A stretch of 64,000 nucleotides of DNA, from positions 864,001 through 928,000 of the forward strand of contig OY969585.1 of NCBI GenBank assembly GCA_963701295.1. Reading direction: 5' to 3'. Below, one piece after another: positions 50,306-60,655 of the stretch. Made by a program: the position numbers and the translations under genes. This DNA comes from Ignavibacteriota bacterium (GTDB lineage Bacteria > Bacteroidota > Ignavibacteria > UBA10030). The stretch's first letter is position 1; each line of letters starts with the position of its first letter. Under the pieces are notes generated by a model that saw nothing but the letters and a program-made list of their open reading frames with translations, had not been told where the DNA came from and did not search any database.

Positions 50306-52771
50306 TTAGCTTTTTCCTTCATACTTCTTCCAATCATCGGCATAACGTTGAAGTTTTCGGTCCACAAGCGCATTGATGGTGCCGAGCTCGAATGTGTGAT
50401 CCAGCTTTTGTTTTCCCGCTTTCACACCCGTGAGAATTTCTATACCTTCATCAATTGTTTTGATAGCATAAATCTGAAATTGTTTTTTTTGTGCCGCTTC
50501 GTACACCTCTTCACGCAGCATGAGGTCATCTACGTTTTGAATCGGAATGATAACGCCTTGTTTTCCTGTTAATCCGCGTACTTTGCAGACATCGTAGAAA
50601 CCTTCAATTTTGAGATTGACTCCGCCAATCGGCTGAATCTCGCCTTTTTGATTCACTGAACCAGTAACGGCAATGTCTTGACGAATTGGAACTCCCGAGA
50701 GACTGGAAAGGATCGCATAAATTTCTGTGGATGATGCGCTGTCACCATCAATGCCGCCATACGATTGCTCAAACGTGATACTTGCATCCATCACCAGCGG
50801 CCTGTCTTGTGCAAACCGGCTACGAAAATACCCGCTCAGGATGGCGACACCCTTATTATGTGTTGGACCACTTAATTCTGCATCACGTTCAACATTGATA
50901 ACACCATTGCGCCCGAGTGACGTACGAGCAGTGATACGAGATGGCTTCCCGAAGGCATGTTCACCGATATCATAAATGGAAAGACCGTTGACCTGACCAA
51001 TCTCTGCACCTTCCGTATCAATCATAATTCTACCATCGTCGATCATTTCCTGAATCTTTTCTTCCACAAGCTTCACACGGTAGATGCGTTCCTCAATAGT
51101 CTTTTCAATGTGATCGCATGCAACAACAATGGCTTTTTCTCTTCGTGCCCAGTAGCTGGCTTCACGCGCTACATCAGCGATAATATTGAAACGAGTAGAA
51201 ATTTTTTGCTGACGCCCTGCGAGTCGAACTCCGAATTCAATAAGCTGTGCCAACGCCGTGGCGTCAAATGGCAGAAGCTTCTCGTCGTCGCAGAGCATCT
51301 TGACAAAGCGTAAATATTGAGCGACTGTTCCTTTGGTCTTTGACATTTCGAAATCGAAATCGGCCCGTATTTTGAAAATCTTTTTAAAATCATCATCGCG
51401 AAAGTAAAGCATGTGGTATAAATCGGTATCACCGATCATGATTACTTTTACATTAATTTGAATTGGTTCCGGTTTTAAACTTGCAGCCGAAAAACCAAAC
51501 AATGGATCGTACGTCTGAATATCTATGAGACCGGTACGTAGTGTGCGTTTTAAATCTTGCCAAACACCTGGTTCAATCAACGCATCGAGTGCATTCAGAA
51601 CGAGGTACCCTCCATCTGCTCGTAGAAGCGAACCAGCTTTAACCTTGGTAAAGTCAGTACGCCATACACTGCCTTTTTCCATTTCCCGTTCTACTGTACC
51701 GAAGATATTTTTATATTTTGGATTTGTTTCAATGACAATTGGAACATGCTGTGTTTCAGAATTATCTACCAATACATTAACTTGAAATTCTATGTATTCA
51801 TCCTTTTCCTCTTCTTCATCTTGTGATTCCGGTGTTGGAGAAACGACTTGCTGTTTACGAAAGCGATCAAGGTTTTCGCGGACATTGGCCCGAATTTCTT
51901 CGAAGTACGCCCGAAGCTTAGGCTGCTCATAGGTAACCTTCAAAACATTTATAGCATCGTCCACTGCCGGCATCACAAGTTGTTCTTCCAACTCGCTCAA
52001 CGATTGTTGAACTTTTTTCTCGATGTTGCGCAATTCTCGGAAGACAGTTGCCATCTGTTTTTCTAAATCTGTCAGCGCATCACGCATCGTTGCGAATTGT
52101 TCTTTTCCAAATTCACCTTTTTGCACAAGTGCTTCTACTTGATCCAAACTTGTCGGACTGCCATTCACAACCGGGACAATGTCGGGCCGCATCGCACTTC
52201 CTACTTGTACCTGTACTAAATCAAAGCCATGTTCCTTTACACGACGCTCGAAATCTTGCAGTACACTTTTCTGCCTTTCTTGAAAATGTTGAACCAATTT
52301 TTTCCGAGCTTGTTGGTATCGCTGACTTTCATACACGGCGGGAATATCTCTTAGTAATTCTTTTAATAAATTATCCATGTCCTGCTGCAGACCCCGCCCT
52401 CGGCCTGAAGGCAGTGAGATAGCAATAGGCATGTCGGGATGCTTGAAGTTGTAGACGTAACAATGGTCCTTCATCACACCTTGTTTCTTCTCGAAATCCT
52501 GCAATAGCCGTTTGATGGTTGTGGTGCGTCCGGTTCCGGATAGACCGGTCACAAAAATGTTATAACCGAAATGGTTCATCTCCAATCCGACATGCAATGC
52601 ACGCAAAGCACGTTTCTGCCCAATAATCTCTCGTGTCGGTAGAATGTCATCGGTGGATCTGATGCCCAATGATTTGGGGTCGCACTGCCAACGTAGTTTT
52701 TGAATGTGTAACGGTTTATAAGCACGCGCAGGCTTAAAATGATTTGTCGAATCGATAGTTTTCTTTTTCAT
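50306..52771 (-). CDS. LonC-like protease (S16 with AAA-like domain)
   Basis: IIGQKRA, GLSGTGRTT, coiled-coil inserts, GQVNGLS, GGIDGDSAS (Ser), IGGVNLKIEGF (Lys). Confidence 0.92.
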   Translation of the reverse strand: MKKKTIDSTNHFKPARAYKPLHIQKLRWQCDPKSLGIRSTDDILPTREIIGQKRALRALHVGLEMNHFGYNIFVTGLSGTGRTTTIKRLLQDFEKKQGVMKDHCYVYNFKHPDMPIAISLPSGRGRGLQQDMDNLLKELLRDIPAVYESQRYQQARKKLVQHFQERQKSVLQDFERRVKEHGFDLVQVQVGSAMRPDIVPVVNGSPTSLDQVEALVQKGEFGKEQFATMRDALTDLEKQMATVFRELRNIEKKVQQSLSELEEQLVMPAVDDAINVLKVTYEQPKLRAYFEEIRANVRENLDRFRKQQVVSPTPESQDEEEEKDEYIEFQVNVLVDNSETQHVPIVIETNPKYKNIFGTVEREMEKGSVWRTDFTKVKAGSLLRADGGYLVLNALDALIEPGVWQDLKRTLRTGLIDIQTYDPLFGFSAASLKPEPIQINVKVIMIGDTDLYHMLYFRDDDFKKIFKIRADFDFEMSKTKGTVAQYLRFVKMLCDDEKLLPFDATALAQLIEFGVRLAGRQQKISTRFNIIADVAREASYWARREKAIVVACDHIEKTIEERIYRVKLVEEKIQEMIDDGRIMIDTEGAEIGQVNGLSIYDIGEHAFGKPSRITARTSLGRNGVINVERDAELSGPTHNKGVAILSGYFRSRFAQDRPLVMDASITFEQSYGGIDGDSASSTEIYAILSSLSGVPIRQDIAVTGSVNQKGEIQPIGGVNLKIEGFYDVCKVRGLTGKQGVIIPIQNVDDLMLREEVYEAAQKKQFQIYAIKTIDEGIEILTGVKAGKQKLDHTFELGTINALVDRKLQRYADDWKKYEGKS

Positions 52772-53014
52772 AGTTCACATACATTTATAATGGCAAGTGA
52801 TATATTTCTTCAAGTATACGGAAAAGAAGAATGATTTTCATACGAAGTGAATAGGAAATTACTGAATCAGGTTCTTTTTCATTGTTTTGGTTTAGATCCC
52901 GATCAAACTTAACGAATATATTTTCTGATGAATTGGAATGCCTGTCCACTATTCCTCATAATGGAAGATAACTGAAAGAGAATTGTATGGCAATACAATA
53001 GTGGAGAAACCGCA

Positions 53015-53635
53015 TCATATATGATGGTTATGGTACTGACAAATTTTCTTCAACATACACTTAGTGCATATTGGATCCGTTGGACGGCATAGCTCTCGGC
53101 CAAGATACGAGAAGGACATTCCTGCTGCATGCCAATGCTTCTCTGGAATGATCTTCATAAGTACCTTCTCAATTTTTTCCGGCTTTTCTTCCTTTGTAAT
53201 CCCGAGTCGAGGCACAACCCTCAAAACATGCAAATCTACAAAAATACCTTGTGGCGTTTCACCGGCTTCACGAATAATGACATTAGCAGATTTTCGACCG
53301 ATACCAGGCAATTCTATCAATTCTTCGATAGTGAGCGATAGGTCTTTATGATCAGCCAGAGCTTGCGCAATTCGTACAAGCCAATCTGCTTTTTTCCTGA
53401 ATCCCCGAACAGATTTAACGAACGGAAACAAATCCTCCGGTTTTGCCAAAGCAAGCTGTTTCAAGGAAGGATATTTTTTGAAAAACTCCGGTGCAAGTTT
53501 GTTCACCATAACATCGGTTGTTTGCGCAGAAAGAACTACCATAACGACAAGCTGGTACGTGTTTTTATATTCCAGCGGATGCCGGCGCTTGCCATATTTT
53601 TTGAAAAGCGGTTGAAGATGAAGATACCAATCCAT
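53015..53635 (-). CDS. nth: Endonuclease III
   Basis: VLSAQTTD, HhH LPGIGRKSANV, VDLHV, C-x6-C-x2-C-x5-C Fe-S motif. Confidence 0.92.
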   Translation of the reverse strand: MDWYLHLQPLFKKYGKRRHPLEYKNTYQLVVMVVLSAQTTDVMVNKLAPEFFKKYPSLKQLALAKPEDLFPFVKSVRGFRKKADWLVRIAQALADHKDLSLTIEELIELPGIGRKSANVIIREAGETPQGIFVDLHVLRVVPRLGITKEEKPEKIEKVLMKIIPEKHWHAAGMSFSYLGRELCRPTDPICTKCMLKKICQYHNHHI

Positions 53636-53654
53636 ATTAGTTAGTGATTTGTGA

Positions 53655-54563
53655 TTAGGGATGTGAGAAGAGATCGCGTTTTGAAATACTTGAATCGCAA
53701 AAAGATTTCAAATGGGGAAAAGAAGCGAGGAGATTTGTAGGCGCATTCAGTCGTTTTGCCGGATGCAGCACATGTTCGACTTGACGGCCGTTCACGAGAG
53801 AGTACGCCTGACGATCATTGTGGAAAACGATGTATGTCTTATGGGCATTTGCCTGCTTGATTCTCTGAACAAGATCGCGCAGTTCTTCCTCGCTGTAACA
53901 GTACAAGTAACGATCACTGCTCTGAGTATGATTCCGAGCTTCTGCATTTCGTCCCATCATTCTGAAGTATGCAACACCATCCCACGCTAATGAGTTCAAA
54001 GGCATATGGCCAGGCAAATGCGGCAAGTCGACATTGCTGAGATTAAAACCATTTTCACGGCAGAATTGATAAAACGATTTTTCGTTCCACGATATATGCC
54101 GAAGATCAAGAAACAGCCGGTCTTCTGGAAAGAAAGTGCGCAATTTAATGAGATGTGCCTGTCGCTCACTCGTTTTATTGAAGGACGAAGGAAATTGAAT
54201 TACCAGTCCACAAAATTTATTTGCCTCACGTAAAGGATCGAGAAGCCGATGAACTGCACGTGCATCCTTCTGTGTTGCATCAAATGTATGTGTGAATCCG
54301 CGATATAGTTTGACTGTGAACACGAATCTCCGGTTCTCGCTGACATCCATAAGCCAGCGCTGTGCTTGTGCCGCAGAGAGCGATGTGTTATAGAAGGTTG
54401 AATTAACTTCAACGAGGTCAAAGAAACGGCTGAAGTATTCCAGCTTGCGGAATCCTTTCTCTGATTTTGCCGGATAGAATACGCGATTAAATGGCGGCAA
54501 CTCCCATCCGCCCATACCGATCAGAACTTCATTCGTATCTTTACTACTACCGTCAGCCATCAT
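53655..54563 (-). CDS. DUF72 (YecE-like) protein
   Basis: IGMGGW, VEVNSTFY, FTVK, QFPSSF, AYFRMMGRN, YSEEEL; start uncertain. Confidence 0.88.
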   Translation of the reverse strand: MMADGSSKDTNEVLIGMGGWELPPFNRVFYPAKSEKGFRKLEYFSRFFDLVEVNSTFYNTSLSAAQAQRWLMDVSENRRFVFTVKLYRGFTHTFDATQKDARAVHRLLDPLREANKFCGLVIQFPSSFNKTSERQAHLIKLRTFFPEDRLFLDLRHISWNEKSFYQFCRENGFNLSNVDLPHLPGHMPLNSLAWDGVAYFRMMGRNAEARNHTQSSDRYLYCYSEEELRDLVQRIKQANAHKTYIVFHNDRQAYSLVNGRQVEHVLHPAKRLNAPTNLLASFPHLKSFCDSSISKRDLFSHP

Positions 54564-54640
54564 CGCTAGCAAACTTTATTGGTTGTACCTCTATAAGAAA
54601 AGATGTATGAATTATGAGTCGGACAAATCACTTTTCAGAG

Positions 54641-55963
54641 TTACAATTTTTCGCCATCGTCGCTTGACAACGTAAGTTTCTTAATGCGGATAGATTCGAT
54701 GACATTATCCATAACTTTTCCTATTGTAAACTCTACTCCGTTTGTTCTTATCTGCTCACCTACCATAGGAATATGTCCAAGCTGTTCGATAAGGAATCCA
54801 CTGATAGATCGGATATCCATCGGTGAGAGCTCGATCGCAATGAGTCGTTCAACATCATTCGTCGTAATGCTGCCATCAACGATATATTCATCCTCGCTGA
54901 TTTTAACAACATCTGGGGTCTCACGATCGTATTCATCCTGAATGCTGCCGACAAGTTCTTCCAGCACATTCTCCAGCGTAACGAGTCCTGCTGTGCCGCC
55001 ATATTCATCAGCAAGAATTATCATATGAGTCTTCTTTTGCAGAATCGTTGTCAGCGCCTTTTCAAGCGTTGCAGTTTCAGGCAGAAACGAAGCGTCACGA
55101 AGTACTGAATTCAGTGTGAAGTCCGGCTGCAAGTGTCGATCGTACTTAAAAATATCTTTTGTATAAACGATGCCGACGATGTTATCAATGGTGTCCTTGA
55201 AAACAGGAAAGCGGGAAAACTTATTCTTCCTCATCGTAGCAAGATTTTCCTTTACGGGTACCTGCATGGAAAGTGCCACAATTTCTTTTCGCGGTACCAT
55301 AGCATGCCGTGCTTGCTTTTGATGAAAATCCATAGCGTTGAGCGCAATGCTCCTTGTCGTAGTGGAAACATGAGTATCGTGTGCAAGAATCAAGCGAAGT
55401 TCTTCTTCTGAGTGTGCTAATTCAGAATCCGTGGAGGACTGGAGCCCCAAGAACCGAAGCAGACCATTGGAAGAAGTATTGAGTACCATGATAAGCGGCT
55501 TGAACAGAAAGAAAAAAAACCGCATGGGTGAGGAAACCACAAGAATGGTTTCTCGTGCTTTTTGAATAGCGAGCACTTTCGGCGCTTGTTCCCCGACAAT
55601 GATGTGGAGCGCAGTAATGAACGCGAAGGCAACTGCGAATGAGACACCGTGGATAACGTTCTGCTGTGTCAAACCAATCCATTGAAATATGGGAAGCAAC
55701 ATCTCTGCGGCAAGTGGTTCACCAATCCATCCAAGAATGAGCGATGTCATCGTAATGCCGAGTTGAGCAGCCGATAGATATGTGATGGTATGGGAAAGAA
55801 TCTCACGTGCAATCTTTGCGCGCCAGTTCCCTTTTGCAGCCAATGGTTCGATCTGCGTGAGACGTGCCTTAACGATTGCGAACTCTGCAGCAACAAAAAA
55901 ACCGTTTAGAAAAACGAACAGGAAAATTGTGAAAATATCAAAAAAATACTGCCAAAAACTCAT
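54641..55963 (-). CDS. Hemolysin-family / CNNM (DUF21-CBS-CorC) membrane protein
   Basis: NGFFVAAEFA, QLGIT, GEQAPK, MVPR, FSRFPV, DEYGGTAG, CorC_HlyC tail. Confidence 0.93.
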   Translation of the reverse strand: MSFWQYFFDIFTIFLFVFLNGFFVAAEFAIVKARLTQIEPLAAKGNWRAKIAREILSHTITYLSAAQLGITMTSLILGWIGEPLAAEMLLPIFQWIGLTQQNVIHGVSFAVAFAFITALHIIVGEQAPKVLAIQKARETILVVSSPMRFFFFLFKPLIMVLNTSSNGLLRFLGLQSSTDSELAHSEEELRLILAHDTHVSTTTRSIALNAMDFHQKQARHAMVPRKEIVALSMQVPVKENLATMRKNKFSRFPVFKDTIDNIVGIVYTKDIFKYDRHLQPDFTLNSVLRDASFLPETATLEKALTTILQKKTHMIILADEYGGTAGLVTLENVLEELVGSIQDEYDRETPDVVKISEDEYIVDGSITTNDVERLIAIELSPMDIRSISGFLIEQLGHIPMVGEQIRTNGVEFTIGKVMDNVIESIRIKKLTLSSDDGEKL

Positions 55964-56080
55964 GCATAATCTTTCTAGTGGTCGCACCAATATAACCGAT
56001 TAAGACCAGTCCTTCAAGGAGATCATCGAAAACGGGAAAGCCCGTGTATTCTCTTGCTCTTATGCAGGTGCTCTGAAGAG

Positions 56081-58946
56081 TTATCGGCGAACTTGCTCCG
56101 ATATCCAACTGAGATACGCTTCAAGTCGTGTGAGGAATTTGAGGTAGGAAGTAGACCAATCGTCAGGATTGTCGGGTTTATTTTTACCAAGCAATTCCTG
56201 AAATACGCGCGCTACCTCCACAGCAATCTTCTTTTTACCTTCTTCAATAGCGGCTTCGACATCTGAAGAATAATACGCATGAAGGTTGCGAATGTCCTGT
56301 CGAATGCGCCCTTCCGGACCTTTACTTGCGAAGAAAGACATATCAGTTTTATTTCCACCGGACATTTCATAAATGATCAGATTCCATTGTTCCATCACAT
56401 CACGAAATTGTATTTCATTTTCACATGTATCCAAAGGCAGTTTCCGCGATGCCTTTTCTGTGGCAAAAGAATTGCGGAAGAGCAAATCTCCACCCACAAA
56501 CTGTGATACAAGATTGACGTCCGTGCGCCAGCCAAGTACACGCTGTACACCAATGTACACTTCTCGTTCAATATTTCGTCCGGCATTAGCGGCAAGTTTT
56601 GATTCCCATGCTCGTGCCATCTTTTTCATTTGTACTTCAAGGTCATGGTCGACCTTTGCTTTCGATGCTTCCATTGGCGTTGCAGGGGCAGTTGCTTTCA
56701 GTTTCTTATGAACCAGCGAGACTATTTCCTCTCGTTCCTTTTGACTCAATTCATCAAATTTCTTTACTGCATCAGCAAATGAAGGTTGCTGTTCGTCTGC
56801 TTCTGCTTGTAGTAACTGCAGCAATCGCGTAAACAGTCGATCCTGGTAAAGAAATTTGAAGTGTGACATGTCCGCAAGAACGTACAAGTCTTCTCCAACG
56901 CACGAAGCAATCGTATTGAAAAGAAGCGCAATTTTATGTTCGCCGACCATCTTATCATCAATTGAGTGCATCGTATAGTCTACACCTGCCATCGTGGTAT
57001 CAAAGATGATCGCTTGCTTCCGCCGGTTACAGAAGCTTTGTGGTGTGCCTACCTCTACATTCTTGATTCCCTGAATCCGCAATTGGAGTTTAGTATGCAA
57101 CGTCGGCCCGATGAAAGGGAGAACGACGCCAATGTCTTGTGTACTTCTTTCAGGTTTCATCAGCGCATGTTTAACACATTCTAGAGCTTGTTTAGTGTGG
57201 AGTTCGTTGTAGAGAAGATTTTTATTCTTGCCGGAATATTGCTTACAACGAGATCGAACCTTGCTCGTGTCAATAAAATAAATTTTACCTCTCGCCTGGA
57301 GTGAAGCAAAAATATCAATTTTATCATCAAACAGCACTGAAGATATAAATAACGACAGCTTCGGTGTTGTAGAATATTGCGATTTCATAAAGATCGACCA
57401 GCGCGGATTTTTCGCTGACCACTCAAATAGCTGATGAAGTTCCGTCGTCTGTGCAACATGCTGGAATATATCGCGTTGGAGCAATGGATCGGATTCCTCG
57501 TCCCTGGAGGCAGATACCGGTTCTACTTCAAATGGATCACCTGCGATGACTAACTTTTCACGTGCTAGAGTTGACAATGCCGCAAGTGTTGGCAGGTTAA
57601 CGCGCTGTGCTTCATGAACAATGACGAGATCGAATTGCTGACCCCGAATTGCAGGATCGATCAGAGCTGCATTAATACCGGTAGCAATGAAGAGCTTCGA
57701 TTGAAGAAGTGCCTGCTCATCCACTGCAACGAAATCTTCTACTGCCTTCGTGACTTTTTCCAAACCACCCAGTTCGTCAATTCTCTTCCCGATTTCTTTG
57801 AACTCCATTTGTTCTTTTGGTGTTACCGGTGCGTTAAGTTCTATTTCCGTAATCTCGTTCGATATTGCTTGTTGGATGGACAACAAACGGTTGTACATTT
57901 GTTGTTGGCGAGTTAATTGATCGTTTGCGGCGTTAAGATCGTTCTTGGAAAATCCTTTCTTCATTCGCTCGATGAATGATGCATTTTCCAAATCGGCAAT
58001 GCTCTGATTTAGTTGAGTTTTTTCTTTAGAAATTTTTTCGATTTGCTTACGAAGATCTGCCAGGCGATCACGTTTTTCCTGCACCTTCTTATAGAAATCC
58101 TCATTGAGTATCTGTTTTATCTTAATTCGCCAGTGAGCGTTCAGGAGAGATACTCGTTCTTGAAATACCTTGCGCTTTTCCTCCTTAGCCGTTTCTACCT
58201 GATGTTCGAACGAATATTGAGCTATTGCTCCGAATGATTCCGGCGACGGGAGATCTACACGTGCTACAAACTTTGTCATTTTTACGCCAAGTTGTTCACC
58301 GATAGTGACGGTTTTCAACAGCACGGCATCTACATCATTATTGGATGGTGAAACGAACAATACCTTTCGACCGGCTTTCATATAGCTAATCGCGGCGAGG
58401 ATAAGCACTTGAGTTGTGCTGGAAAGACTGGGCCCCCACAACATTGTAACCCTGTTTTGCCAAATCTTTTTCACTGCCTCGATTTGTTCGGGCGGCGTTT
58501 TATCTTGTTTTTGCACTTCATAATTTACGATATGACTATTCTGACTATCAGCAGGATTGAAAAGCAGGAATGGGATTAACGATTTTCCATCGAGTTTCTG
58601 CAACAAATTGATGGTCGGCTTTAGTTCATGCTCGATGGTCCCATGAACAGAGAGTCTCTGGCAGTGATTCGCCAAAATCCTGAGGCAAAGCGACCGTGAG
58701 GTATTGATTTTCTATCGCAATGACATTTCCAATTACTTTGATGAGCTGCTGCTGGCCGAATGTAAATGTTGCAAGTTCCGCGGTGTGAAAAAGAATATCT
58801 TCGGGAATCTCAAATCGATAATATGTATTTCCCGCAAAAACACCAAGACGCTCTCCGCTGAACAATCGTATCTCTCGGCGAACAGTTTTTAGTTGTGTAA
58901 GTTCTTTATTCAGTGAATTTGTAAGTTGCATCAATAACTGTTTCAC
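56081..58946 (-). CDS. Frameshifted Upf1/DNA2-like SF1 helicase-fold protein with degenerate catalytic motifs
   Basis: ORFs 58626..58946 and 56081..58675 join at TGG GAC CAT (C) GAG CAT GAA near 58634, giving about 954 aa. SF1B motifs occur in the correct order but are substituted (see findings). Confidence 0.75.
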
Positions 58947-59044
58947 GTTCTTTCGTTTGCCTCTCTACGGGTAGGTACGCTTCAATCCCTTTATAAGCGG
59001 AATTACATGAAACCTATGACTTTTGCGTGTAAAGTCAAGAAATC

Positions 59045-59076
59045 TACACACCTATGGGTATCTACTTAGGTGTGTA
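59045..59076. promoter_or_regulatory. Perfect 10-bp inverted repeat in a divergent promoter region
   Basis: TACACACCTA-N12-TAGGTGTGTA. Confidence 0.45.
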
Positions 59077-59133
59077 CAAACACTATCAAGATTTTTACAT
59101 GATATTTTCTTATCCTCAAAATGAAGAAAAATT

Positions 59134-60546
59134 ATGGACAAACTTAACGTTATCATCATCGGCGGTGGATTAAGCGGATTAAGCGCAGCAGTTGAACTCT
59201 GTGCCCGTGGACACAGAACTTTAGTGCTCGAACAACATCAGTACCCAGGTGGACGAACCTATTCCTTCATTAATGCCGCAACGAGCGATTCGATAGACAA
59301 TGGTCAACATTTGATGATGGGATGTTACCACGCAACGCGGCGATATATGCGCATCATAGGAACAGAATACCTTACTTTGCTTCAACCAAGTCTTCGCATC
59401 AGGTTTCTTCATCCATCCAAAAGTTCTATACATCTCACATGTCCTCCACTGCGAGCTCCTTTGCACTTGTTGGGAGGATTAATGAGATTCAAAGGCATTC
59501 CCCTTAAAAACCGCATGGAAATGCTTATTGTAGCAAAGCAATTATTCTACACATCGCTTTCCAAAGAGCAGGAACTTGATAAGCTCAATGTGGAAGAGTG
59601 GCTGGTAAAGCTAGGGCAATCAAATTTAAGTAGAAAATTCTTGTGGGATGTTATTACCATCGGAGCATTAAACAACCATCCCAAAAACGTCTCGGCATTG
59701 ATGTTGTTTCGAGTATTGCGCGCTGCGTTTTTAGGAAAACACGAGCATTCGAGCATTCTTCTTCCCCGTGCCGGCTTAAGTGATGTGCTGGTGAATCCGG
59801 CGGTAGATTTTATTCGGCGAAGCGGCGGTGAAGTTTTATTGAGTACCGAAGTTTCGCAATTTCGCTTTGTAGATGAAGAAATTATCTCGGTATCAACACT
59901 AGATGGAAAAAAATTTCGCGCGCAAGTGTTCTTAAGCGCTATTCCGTGGTTTGGGCTTGATCGGCTTCTTTCCAACAGCGGTATAAGTCCTGAGTTGGTG
60001 ATTAAGACACCATCCAGAGAGATCTGTGATTGGGATCGGTTCAAACCATCACCCATCATTTCAATCCAATTGTGGTTTGATCGGATAATCATGGAAGAAG
60101 AATTTGCCGCTTTAATCGACACACGAGTGCAATGGGTATTTGATAAAAGTTTGAAATTCCGTAGGCATCTGGGTCGTGAAGCATCAAAACAGCAGAAGGA
60201 GAAGGGGCAGCATCTCTCTTTGGTGATCAGTGGAGCGCAGGAATTTGTGGAGTTGAGCAAAGAAGAGTTGCTGACAATCGCAATGAAAGATTTACGGCGG
60301 GTACTGCCGAAAGCAAATAATGCGAATATTGTTCACTCCATTGTGATAAAAGAGAAACGCGCAACATTTTCTCCTGCACCCGGACTCGAAGCGATGCGCC
60401 CTTTCCCGGAAACCACATTTTCTAATTTGTTTCTTGCCGGTGATTGGACCAATACTGGTCTTCCTGCAACTATTGAAGGTGCGGTGTTAAGTGGAAGGAA
60501 AGCAGCGGAATTGATTTGCGAATTTAAAACCACTCACGAAAAATAG
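59134..60546 (+). CDS. hpnE: Hydroxysqualene dehydroxylase HpnE-like FAD oxidoreductase
   Basis: IIGGGLSGL, GGRTYSF, DNGQHLMMGCY, EKRATF, LAGDWT.TGLPATIEGAV.SG. Confidence 0.85.
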   Translation: MDKLNVIIIGGGLSGLSAAVELCARGHRTLVLEQHQYPGGRTYSFINAATSDSIDNGQHLMMGCYHATRRYMRIIGTEYLTLLQPSLRIRFLHPSKSSIHLTCPPLRAPLHLLGGLMRFKGIPLKNRMEMLIVAKQLFYTSLSKEQELDKLNVEEWLVKLGQSNLSRKFLWDVITIGALNNHPKNVSALMLFRVLRAAFLGKHEHSSILLPRAGLSDVLVNPAVDFIRRSGGEVLLSTEVSQFRFVDEEIISVSTLDGKKFRAQVFLSAIPWFGLDRLLSNSGISPELVIKTPSREICDWDRFKPSPIISIQLWFDRIIMEEEFAALIDTRVQWVFDKSLKFRRHLGREASKQQKEKGQHLSLVISGAQEFVELSKEELLTIAMKDLRRVLPKANNANIVHSIVIKEKRATFSPAPGLEAMRPFPETTFSNLFLAGDWTNTGLPATIEGAVLSGRKAAELICEFKTTHEK

Positions 60547-60655
60547 ATCGTTCATATTCTCTCCTTTATATAAATCCATTACTAGCGGCCCGTCTGTATT
60601 CTCTCCGTTAAGCATGCATCATCTTTTTCTATTTGCCACATTCTTTCTTCCACGC

